Shown piece by piece: positions 51,701 to 58,400 of a stretch of DNA of 64,000 nucleotides. The DNA is from an uncultured Pseudomonadales bacterium (GTDB taxonomy: Bacteria > Patescibacteriota > Microgenomatia > UBA1400 > PJMF01), in the NCBI GenBank assembly GCA_964406075.1, contig CAYOQI010000004.1, positions 57,718 to 121,717 of the forward strand. The letters run 5' to 3'. Positions within the stretch are counted from its first letter, which is position 1, and the number at the start of each line of letters is the position of its first letter. The notes below the pieces were generated by a model. It searched no databases, was not told the origin of the DNA, and was given only the letters and a program-made list of their open reading frames with translations. The translations under genes were made by a program, and so were the position numbers.

Positions 51701-52173
51701 CAGTCAAACTTGCATCAGAATCAGCCTCAGTCTTGGGCACAACTGATAGCTCAGAGTTCCAGATTTTGAACGCCAGTAACTCAGCAGTGGCCAGTATCGA
51801 TGCATCTGGATCCGCCAAGTTCTCTAGCATTTCAACTGAAGGCTTAGTCTTGAAACAACCTCAGTCAGAGGCATCATCCTCTGCTCAACGACAAGCTGAA
51901 ATTGCTCGCAAACAAACAGCGGGACAATTAACTCTTGAGGCTGGTGAAGTCACAATGGAAATTGAGAATGATAATGTTGAAGACGACAGCTTGATTTATC
52001 TCACTGCAACTTCAGATACTCAAAACCAAGTCATGTATGTTGGAGAGAAAGAAACCTGTGCATTTGCTGGCCCAACCTGTCAAACCAGCTTCACCGTAAA
52101 AATTAATCAACCGATTGCTACAGACATTAAGTTCAACTTCTGGATTGTAAATGTCTCAAAACAACAGCCGTAA
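36772..52173 (+). CDS. Giant (5133 aa) membrane-tethered surface protein: an N-terminal MerR/excisionase-type HTH, a single TM helix, a very long Thr/Gly/Asp/Ser/Asn-rich repetitive extracellular region, and a distinct C-terminal domain.
   Basis: The 15.4-kb frame runs uninterrupted. HTH: IHEAAKFLKVSTKTLRRWEDRHILLPARTSGGHRRYDLNEIKAF. TM: WVSVSIVLAFFFISAAAFSIQGFF. The module ...TINGVDINAGTVSDVVNLTINSGGDLTIGSIGLNDVGSDNITSGASLVGVFDEFTNS..VQDVLDD.DAAIG recurs at least 6 times. The module LQLGSNGQDGQFILYNELG.TDYTNTINPSGSQSQNITYTLPPDDGG..NYVLT.DG.GVLQWESV recurs 3 times. Confidence 0.85.
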   Translation: MIPSDLPPLVSIHEAAKFLKVSTKTLRRWEDRHILLPARTSGGHRRYDLNEIKAFKKQKYSSGSVVHQTVLPLATVKPLESKVVDQTDILQVSKPLIIKPIDHFPLKTPKVTAYKPFPETITKVKKTFEFPSFQVRNNIPPQVEIPTEKITDFPIPTTPPSWVSVSIVLAFFFISAAAFSIQGFFKPLVAKHPVLSEIAYSLEKRLAINVFPKKEVMIVQANDSKVLGEHSSLDFLKFNINVESSFREFANFLSDVNVEGNATVSGILSVNSGSLQTTSETAQVFENASTLSIAANTGTTTVNNSLNVGGNLTVIGLINDIAGTLNLSGNTLTSTGDLVIDPGGGGVSIGDATPGIIDMTDGDFFVSGDVEIDGILYAPTANISGTASIGTVLVNSDSINDFTGTGLTVSDGALQTTIGTSVSSSEIENDTILEEDLKVSNDAVNGYALTYDNSTGGFTWTDIASSQVWIDGGSVYYQATTTDDVVIGGTSSLGKLSVDGDSDEIQLVVQGNGTQTSNIFVVEDSSGTDLFVVNNTGSITIASGQDLTIGSIGLNDVGTDNVTSGASLIGVFDEFTNSSATTLQDVLDDFDAAIGGGASKWAQDTGFVYLASTTDDIVVGGDTIANGSLYFDESAGSLYLGTNEALNGSLTLYSSGAGITDPTITADATGNANITTSATALVNILAGNLKVGNGAPTQTLNGEDAYVEGTLEVDGILYAGSATTALTVASGLIDADAIALTPTTEGLSGISSGSGLAVYSDTLSLLQGCGDGQVLKWNETNDSWECANDTGASFAVVNIENNDVAVGSNVDSIDFSTDFLVTASPSNEANVAIADDILNFTEFSDALTLDAATTITNSLAGNLTIDLTSTGDFVIADGGVAFFTFTDGGALTQAGSGQITLTGNVDATNGLDITGASLTVGGANATITTGGALTLASTITAATDETINGVDINAGTVSDVVNLTINSGGDLTIGSIGLNDVGSDNITSGASLVGVFDEFTNSSATTVQDVLDDLDAAIGAGASKWTDSGTVTYLTDTTDSITIGSSTELGKLAVDGDADEVQLLVQGNGTQTNALAIFEDSTGADQFSISNTGNVTLAGDLTISGGNITSATTFDSTATVTGTLTANGTLDANGIFTLGDNGETGAIDTSDWDISATGVLTGVSGITTDGGYTQSGATGNTFSGNVDATSGLDVTGASLTVGGANATITTGGALTLASTITANTDETVNGVDINAGTVSDVVNLTINSGGDLTIGSIGLNDIGSDNITSGASLVGVFDEFTNSDGLNVQDVLDDFDAAIGAGSSKWTDSGTVTYLTSTTDDLAVGGSTVLASMFGIDESAGNFYFGYDNSVSPTFNFEASDGDAGEFGFNTNDTFFFSNARVGVGTTNPSRLLHVSDSSGSPAIRVTGSASGSPFIEFEQSGNVRGVFGYDNTTSTLQLAYGANFSTTFLSLNSSGSMGLGTSAPDAALEINHATGDSLRLTYNDSNGSATSYTDFSLASDGDLTIDSAGGAINLGANDDLNITASTDLIFGGSTSLGESTGAADSGAFLTGIFDEFDNSASSTVQDVIDDIDAAIGNRTYTADNYVTDGQTLTASINALDIALASVSGGAYTGWSIDVDDDGADPIASGATLNVDAGSNVSLTYTAGTNTLLIAATDTNTTYTAGNDLDLTGTVFSLETTLDFVDTINLAGTGTLNGLDAVDATGENTIEALIFDTDAESITGVWTVADSTNFRIGTGGDLTFAHDGSNSTITSTTGDLLIDNTNATGSTIFDLGTDTSATDFLIRNDSGTQLLSLNGAGALQLGSNGQDGQFILYNELGVTDYTNTINPSGSQSQNITYTLPPDDGGADNYVLTTDGNGVLQWESVTGAGGGSGDLTDIIAGNYIDVQNAGGPSPTVDFDPTELEGVTWGASSGASEPFTWTYDVTNSGTDPSITFADNAITLTAATLTASGDLTIQGGDATLGMAGTDGSLTFYNELGATDRSVIFNVSGSQSEDIVYTLPPDNGAADNYVLTTDGSGVLQWESVSGAGGGTGDVTDIVAGNYIDVQNAGGPSPTVDFDPTELESVTWGAQTGASFTWTFNASSGTDTSIAFADGSISPTLAATGLFNVLTGNLKVGNGTPGLSLDGEDAYIEGTFEVDGASQFDGALTTNGTLTANGQFTLGDNGDTGAINTSDWDISTTGSLTGISGIANDGSYTQTGSSANAFTGVTTFNTDVDFTFADTENIAITNTVTGTNGLDLISAIITNQTSSGTQRGIVISNANDAANASTESLIFLDNAETTASTLTDAILITSSGADGGIVDAIDVSAGNITNALNVGGNNIIGTTAVINFDNFDIDGSGNLVTAGTLTAATNETINGVDINAGTVSDVVNLTINSGGDLTIGSIGLNDVGSDNITSGASLVGMFDEFDNSASTTVQDVIDDIDAAIGNRTYTADNYVTDGQSLTASIDALDVALAAVSGGAYTGWDLDGDSGTAETIANGNTVNILGGTNGIDTVVSATDTLTINLDTTEIGTSTFGSGSGFTWTFDAGATDPTLAFASNAITIGGAATLNFGGTLDLGTNTLSDGNFNGNWAFNSGNLSGIGTIGASGAITAATDETINGVDINAGTVSDVVNLTINSGGDLTIGSIGLNDIGSDNITSGASLVGVFDEFTNSDGLNVQDVLDDFDAAIGAGSSKWTDSGTVTYLTSTTDDLAVGGSTVLASMFGIDESAGNFYFGYDNSVSPTFNFEASDGDAGEFGFNTSDSFFFSNALVGIGTASPSEQLEVGGNIELTAAVPRLAFDNTNGDNDWYIQASATGFQFRNSSDNVNYLLINQTGLVSIGGDDSPDYLLELYDATATPTFALSDDDVTHGLTTLAQTDVFSHLTSLSTTAGGAELTTISDTDAQALSIRGVIGSTDPTDTTPAVKLVGAKSNGTTGMADLGAAETVFQVANNDDASALTILGNGNVGIGDTTPAALLTVGTSDALQIDASGNVVTTGTVTAATNETINGVDISAGTVSDVVNLTINSGGDLTIGSIGLNDVGSDNITSGASLVGVFDEFTNSSATTVQDVLDDLDAAIGAGASKWTDGGAITYLTATTDDLAVGASNTLTAPFSVDVSANLVRIGTGSTANAQLDMYASDGDTGSLIYNTSDQFNFTGGDVLIGQALTVTGTTTANGAFDANGQFDLGDGGDAGTISATTLDIDATGALQINSSGGAIGIGNDAVAQAINIGTGAAARTITMGNNTGASALQLTSGTGDITLTSTDDILFTPTDDMLATFAAGSAFTIDAATTDTTVTGGVLALDVDAGNAAVIGIDLDFSQSSGATTGTDAIGQNIAVSANDADGDVFGLSIRSNATANAGVGSYEALIRLINAEDTASAVTDAILIDSTSGVDGDIIDAIDVSDANITNALNVGANNIIGTSAVINFSSFDVDASGNTIIGGTLDVTGISTLVGNLNANGGLDVDNAFVVADGGVLTTSQTANFDGTADFDGAADFSAGVTNSAGEFLVSGGNLQLNDNINLTVGTGDDLTIVHNGTNTLLTSVTGDLIFDNTLVTGSTIFDLGTDTSATDFLIRNNSGTQLLSMNGAGAFQLGSNGQDGQFILYNELGGTDYTNTINPSGSQSQNITYTLPPDDGGLNYVLTSDGSGVLTWQSVGGIGAGGDLTDIVAGNYIDVQNATGPSPTIDFDPTELETVTWGAQAGSSFAWTFNASSGTDPVMTFADNAITLTAATTTLSGDLAINGGNVTTATTFDSTLTATGTLTANGALDANGQFDLGDGGDAGTISATTLDIDATGALQINSSGGAIGIGNDAVAQAINIGTGAAARTITVGNNTGASALQLTSGTGDINLNSADDIFLSPSDDLTAFITAVGQFTIDAATIDSQNTLGAFRLDIDSSTSGTIGFLTNFRAIDDDAADILYANRTDVTIQDDTTASDTVYGNYISLIQNDTTPATTYGLAVVAEDAGTSPVSTGILIENLQATDIDLTDGLLIRATTDGSLVDAIDASDAEITNALNIGANTILGTTGVIDFTNFDVAATGALSLSTAGNTSASFTRTSAGQWMAFNDGTDTWGIYNTAGSPEASLTANTGALAMDTTNGTLYVKTDDGDNTGWVNLASGASSPWTDSGTTSYLTDTTDEVVIGGASPLSSAKFSIDGDADQTQLLVQGNATQTTDLAIFENSAGADQFNFSNTGNLIAAGDITATGGTFNGASGESIDLGVASSDVLTFTTGASTELLLSTTNLTAGTAEGNSLGSATVEWEQLFLGDNNGISFGLDQDWSFGYDEATDDRLELITAGTSGMLIQSATATGNGLALTFDSLSTGEGLYLSSTSTALTSGGHLGLFEWNPGSASSTTADLFSINIGSNATVLGDIFNVQDNGSDLFSVGEAQITSALPHSFTAAGDVSVAYDLQFTNQTASYLKTYGPLQIEAGESFESNNLTIKTYNSGDVVIDLPATGQMIVQGAFSIGDQQTLPAGTTPSVAGGSHYIGNANGLITNFTSGTAGQILVLEFDGTSTDLDCSTAGPIRCGSTDITTQQAAGDIITFIYDGTNWNMIEYVALDADSTAGADLAEYYPASEHLEPGDIVSIDSTQPVMVEKSHESHRQRIMGIVSSDPGLLLGEEADNSYPIALAGRVHVKMSESSEAIQPGDLVGVSQETGKAKKVNSGYTVGRALESWDPNSGDRDVVVFVNLSYIPVDLALNNDGQVSSSYSLITTDSLEYAIRDLNNGQDIQQTLVLAESLIGRLETGSIVTRELQAQSIETEDFLTNNATVSGQLNANSAEINSLRFETATVAGQLFLSDGRSVGSLLDENDAYLASLSAQTQQLAQSFSEQTVPGTSTAFDEFLAQLTGTEDASLSAALAAIQNQEDIELDAESMVLAPDAVFVKEYLNVTGFTQLTTASISQSLTVGDGLLLTQDTIATAEETLYIQPTAGSLNLLAGLMTLTPDGNVTINGDLTVTGIASITDGVKTSQLSPNDFTQDLTVKLASESASVLGTTDSSEFQILNASNSAVASIDASGSAKFSSISTEGLVLKQPQSEASSSAQRQAEIARKQTAGQLTLEAGEVTMEIENDNVEDDSLIYLTATSDTQNQVMYVGEKETCAFAGPTCQTSFTVKINQPIATDIKFNFWIVNVSKQQP
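40462..40862 (+). repeat. 401-bp exact intragenic direct repeat, copy 1 (identical to 44590-44990).
   Basis: Nucleotide identity over the whole span, read directly. Both copies lie inside the giant CDS. Confidence 0.8.
44590..44990 (+). repeat. 401-bp exact intragenic direct repeat, copy 2.
   Basis: Identical to 40462-40862, at an offset of 4128 nt. Confidence 0.8.
46276..46442 (+). repeat. 167-bp exact intragenic direct repeat, copy 1 (identical to 48049-48215).
   Basis: Read directly. It encodes ...NGQFDLGDGGDAGTISATTLDIDATGALQINSSGGAIGIGNDAVAQAINIGTGAA in both copies. Confidence 0.8.
48049..48215 (+). repeat. 167-bp exact intragenic direct repeat, copy 2.
   Basis: Identical to 46276-46442, at an offset of 1773 nt. 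Confidence 0.8.
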
Positions 52174-52447
52174 AACACTTGCCGAACTGAATTCATTTTT
52201 GCAATTTCTTCATGAATACTCTTACTTTTCAGATTGAATTGGTATTTTTTGAACTCTGAGATCGAATATGAATATTTTTTATACTCAAAAAAGGGTTGAT
52301 CAATAAACATTTACTACTTTTTAGAAAAATAAGAATACAAACTCTCTTCAGTTTTTTCTCCACAAATTTCTTAATTCTCCTCTGGTATTTCTCAATAATA
52401 AAAGCAGATTAAGTCGGAGATTTTTGGTATTATGTAGATAGAAATTC

Positions 52448-55400
52448 ATGTTCTCATTTCGTCGTCGCCCACTATCTTCCGTATCTAGAAAACGCTCACC
52501 GAAGGTAGTTGTTCTCTTATTGTTGTTAACACTGCTTTTACTCCCAATCGTCTACAGCCTCATTACACGTCCCAATCAAGGAACAGCTGCACCACTCAAC
52601 GCGACTGAAGATTCTACTTCCATCACAATTACATCCCCAGGAAAATATCGAGCAGTGATCCAAAAAGGCGATACCACAGATTACATTCTTTTTTATGATC
52701 TAGCTGAAGATGCCGGTAACCCTGATCCGACACATGAGTTTAAGGGCCCGTGTGTTTTGGAAACAAACACGTATTGCCTGCGAGATGATAGTAACCGAAT
52801 GACAACACTGATTGAGGTGACAGACACCGTTGTGAAAGTTCGGGTCATGGGCAGATTCAATAACGAAGCCAGTACTGATTATCTTGATGATGATACGCCA
52901 CTCTATTTCCCTGAAGTGATCGAAAACTATGCGTTCACTCGTGATGGAGTAAGTGTCATGAACCGTACGGACTTCGCTACGGGAACTGGTGTCACTTTTG
53001 ATGCAGATTCTGGGCACAACGGATATGACTGGCTCGGTGTGTACTCAGATGTCACCGATGGTGCATACGATGACACCGCCAATAATAACTATGGTGATGG
53101 TGCGACTGAGGCTCAAATATCCGCCGATGGAGAGTTTTCTAATACCAATAGTTACTTTCACATGCCTGGAACTGGGAGCTCTACCTACCAAGACGCCTTT
53201 GTCGGTATACATCGAGATGGTTGGTATAGCGATTTAAACTCCAGTGGTGTCCATGAGTGGAATTGGGATGAGGCTGAATCAGGTACGCAGGATTTAATCA
53301 CAGCACAAGAGCAAAACTACAACTCCAGCAGACGTCATGAGGCCAAATGGTATTTCCTCCTGAAAAGTGAATCAGATCTTGATACTGAAGCCGAACGAGA
53401 AGCTTTGAACAATGAAATGATCAATGCCGATATACTCTCCTACACCGTAGGTGAAACGTCCTACGAGATGCCGGTGACTGCAACTGCAATCAATTTTGAT
53501 GCGGATACTGATTACGTCAACGTGCCTGACAACTCAGCCTATGATTTTGGTGATACAGCAGACTACTCTGTTGAAGCGTGGATGATGAGAAATGGAAACC
53601 CTATTTCAGGTGATAACCCCATTGTCTCAAAACGGCTCTGTTGTGGTGCTTCCGGCTGGGAATTCCAGATTCGACTTTCAAGCGCACGAATGCGTTTGCA
53701 AATGACTGATGGAACAGATACGTATGATCTTGAAGGCAGTACGGTTCTTAGTGACCAAACTTGGTACCACGTTGCAGCCGTGTTTGATCAAGACAACGCC
53801 AGCAATAGCATTATCTATATAAACGGTGTTGCAGAAACGATGACTCGGACAGGGACTATTGGAAATTTGGGCAGTATGGCAAGTACCGCTGGACTCGGTT
53901 TTGGTGTTGGTGAGCCTGGTATTGGGAACTATAACAGTTTTTCCGGCCGAATAGCTGAAGTACGAATCTGGGATGATGTGCGAACAGCAGCTGAAATTCG
54001 CGAAAACATGTTTCGACAAATTGACCCCGCATCAGCAAACCTAGTGGGATACTGGAAACTGGATGAAGGGACCGGAACTGCAGTACATGATTCCAGTGCA
54101 ACCGGTGCGAATGGAACAATTGTTGGAGGTGCCACTTGGGACTCAGTCAATGAACGTAAGGCCGATCACTTCAATGAATTTGAATTTGCCCACACACTTC
54201 AGTCAACAGCCCAAAATGCGCAGTACGATATTGATGCTGGAGCATCAAATGTCTCAACAACAGCCAATGGTGCTATTTCCGATAACGCGACCACAGTCAC
54301 AGTTACCTCCACGACAGGCTTTGCCTCTTCGGGAATTGCCTACATTGATGGAGATAAGTTTAGCTACACTGGAACCACTGCCACGACATTTACCGGTGTT
54401 CCCTCTTCTGGTGAACACAGCGTAATTGCTCATGTCACAGGAAGTGTGGTCGCTCAGTTCACGCGAAGTAACACCAACTTTAAGGTTGGTGGCTACCAAT
54501 CCACTGAGAAACCTGCGCAAATTACCAAAGAAGGTATCTCGCAAAAAGAAGGGGTCGATTTCTCAGCTTCTGTAAAGCCAGTAACGGATGGCTACTTTGC
54601 CCAAGACTTAAGTTTTTATGCAGACTTTGCAAGTACGACAGTTGACGTTGGTTCAAACTTGACCAATAGCGGATGTACCCTGACACAAGGTGGCAATGAC
54701 TACACTTTAGGATTTATCACCGTATGTGATGGTGGCTCCGATGACATGACATTTACCTCAACAGGCAATATCGACTATGCCAAAGGAGCCCTTGAGTTTT
54801 CGATCGCGGCATTCAGTACCAGTGCTGACAGTACCGAACGTACATACTTTCGCATAACCGATGGCACCGATGAGTTTCGATTTCGCAAAACATCAGGCAA
54901 TACTTTAGAGTTTTTAATTGATGAAGGCGCTTCCACCTATACAGAATCTATCTCAAGTGCAAACTACAGTTGGGGGTTTTTGGACACTGTTCACATTCGA
55001 CTGGAATGGGATGACAGTGCCTCTACCACAGAAGATGAAATGAAAATTTACATCAATGGAAGATTACCGACCTCCACAGATGCGAGTGGTTTTACCGGTG
55101 CAAATGTGTCTCCTGGTACCACCTTCCGTTTAGGAAATAGTGCAGACTCTGGAGGTACGCACTGTAACTGCTTGATCGATGAATTCAAAATCTATGACTT
55201 CAACGGCAGTGGTGATCAAGTTGGACTGGCCAAGGTTGGAGCCGGTGGTGGAGGTGGTGATTATTTCTATAACCCAAATAATAATCTGACGCTTTCTTTT
55301 GCTCCGGTGGACGCTGGTAATCGAGGTGAGTATCTCTACTTAGGCGCTGATGCCAAAGTCAATGGATATAACTTTGATCTTGCTACCAATGGTGTTGGAA

Positions 55401-58400
55401 GTTCCTTAAATCTTGATTGGGAATACTGGAATGGTGTCGCTTGGACAAGCTTAGAATCCATTGTTGGCTTTACAGATACGACAAGTAACTTAACCCAAAG
55501 TGGCACCGTGTATTGGACTGCTCCACCGACCAACTGGAGACCATATGCGATGAACAGCAAAAATGAGTTCTACTATATTCGAGCTTCCTTAAATGCAGCA
55601 TCTGGTACGTACACCACAAGTCCTGTCGAAAATAGAATCACCACAACAACTCTCTACATTCGAAGCGACACGACACTTAATCTTGAAGATCAAACGTTTG
55701 TCATTCCCACCCAATTCCAACCATCTGTTTTCTGGAAAATGGATGAAGGTCAAGGAACAGCAATCAATGATAGTACTGGGAATAAAAACGACGGAACACG
55801 CCTCAATGCGGTGTGGCAAACGGAAGATATGTGTGTTTCAGGAAAGTGTCTCTATTTTGATGGGAGTGGCAGTCCAAGAGACTATCTGTATAGATTAAAT
55901 GATGACAGTTTCAACTTTACAGCCAGCGAAAGTTTCTCAATAAGTATTTGGATAAAACGTGAACCAATATCTACAGACCCGAATGTGATTCTTGCAAAAC
56001 ATAACTCAAGCGGTGGTGGATATAAAATTCGAATGGAAAATGATGGTGATATCAGTTGTGGAATTGATGATGACAGTACGTACACCCCTGATGCTGAGGC
56101 AATTAGTACGCTCGCCACCTATGATGATAATCAATGGCACCACATCGAGTGTGTCAAAGATGGTACTTCAAGTTTGTCGCTCTATATCGATGGAATACTT
56201 ATTAATACCAACTCCTCTATCTCTGGAGTAGGAAGTCTTGTAAACACGCAACCGTTTTACCTTGGAAATGGCGGTGACGGTTTATCAGATGCATTTAAAG
56301 GCTTCATGGATGAATTCAAAATGTATCCCTATGCTCGAACTGCAGATGAAGTAAAAGCCGACGCTATTGCAGGCGCTGGAAATCGTGGCTCCTCCGCTGT
56401 ACTCGGAGCACAGGACACCGCATTTCTAAATGACGGCTTAGCCGGTTATTGGTCACTCGATGAAGGAACCGCTAACTCTTGTAGTGGAGGAACAAACGAT
56501 AGCTGTGATAAATCTGGCAACAATAATGATGGTGCTTGGCAGGATAATGCCACAAGTACGCGTGGTAAGTTTAGTCGTGGCACAATTTATGATGGAACCA
56601 ATGACAATGTCACCATAACTGATCCAACGTCTGGGACATTAGATTTTGGGACAGGTGATTTTACCGTGTCAACCTGGGTGAACTTCAGTGCTATCGCGAA
56701 TGGAAGTACCCTGCTTGGGAAAAACTTCACTGGTTCGGGAGCCGGGTATGGTATGCGTATACAAACCACTTCCCCGACGATATGGGTGGGAGATGGTGCT
56801 ACTACGGCTGAGCTTGCCCACACGGCAGTACTTTCAAACTCTGCCTGGTATCATGTTGTTGGTGTCAGGAAAAACGGCACATTATATATATACGTGAATG
56901 GTGTACAAGGCTCATCCACTGCATCTTTTACTGGGAATGTGAGTACCACAGGAAATCTGTATTTGGGGGCCAGAGGAACGGGAGCAACAGCAAATATGGC
57001 TGGAAGTTTAGATGAGGTGAGAATATATAATCGGGCCCTTGCTCCTGCAGAAATAACTACTTTATATAACTGGGCACCCGGACCGGTAGGATATTGGAAG
57101 CTGGATGAAAATACGGGTATCAGTGCATATGATTCATCAGGTAATGCTAGCACTGGCACTCTCACAAATAGTCCAACCTGGACACCAGGAAAATTTGGTT
57201 CTGGAGTCAATTTAGGAGGAAATAGTTCCAATCATTATGTGAGCATTGCCGATAATGATCTCTACTCTCCTTCACTCTTTGCAGGAGCTACTATCCAGGC
57301 CTGGTTCAATCAAGACACCGCAACTGCAGCCCGAGACTGGATTGTGGCGAAGGGAAACACAAGTAACTTCGAGTGGGGTCTCGCCGTAAGCAATGGTGTT
57401 CTCTATTGTGAGATCTGGGATTCATCTGGTAGTAGTCAAGCCCAAGTCGTTGCAGGCGTGGTATCCACTGGAGCATGGCACTTCGCCTCTTGCACCATGG
57501 ATAATACCAATGGTGTTTATCTCTATCTTGATGGAGTGTTGCAGGGATCTTCCCCAGGACTTACTGGTGGAATGAGTAATACTACCTCTGCTGTACAAAT
57601 TGGTAATCGTGCCGATGGTGGAGACAATAATTTTGACGGAACTATCGATGAAGTAAAAATCTACAACTATGTTCGTACTCCCGGCCAGATGCTTGAAGAC
57701 ATGAATGGTACTCACCCGGTTGGAGGCTCCCCGGTGGGTTCTCAAATACTTAATTGGAAATTTGATGAGGGCAATGGAACCACAGCAAATAACGAAATAA
57801 CTGGTGGAACAAACGGCACCCTTACCAGTATGGCCACTGCCCCATCGACTTCTTCTTCAGGGTGGACTGCCTCAGGAAAATTTAATAAAGCCTTAGTTTT
57901 TGATGGGACAGACGACAAAGTCGTCATTGACACTGCAAGCGACGCAAATGTGGACTTCAATGCAAGTGAACAGTTTTCTTTGTCGGCCTGGGTGTACTCC
58001 ACCACTGTTCCCACTACTGCAACCGACGAGGATTTAATTATAGGAAAATGGGACGAAACAAGTTCTCAACGTGCATACAGAGTGTTCCTCGAAAATGATG
58101 ATACTGATTCAACAGGTCACATCCGAGTTGAAGTCATGGATGAATCCACCGGAGGAAATGAAATTCTCTCAGCAGTTACGAGTAATGACACTATCTCACA
58201 AAACACTTGGTATCACGTCACCATGACATTTAATGGAACGATCACTGGAGCTGCAAATAGTCTGAAGGTATATCTAGATGGCAAGCAACTTGGTACCAAC
58301 GCAGCGAATGCAAGTTTCGTAGGTATTGATGACGTCACCTCTGATTTCACGGTAGGTGATTATGATGCCACAGACAGTGACGGAGATCTTGATGGCTTTA

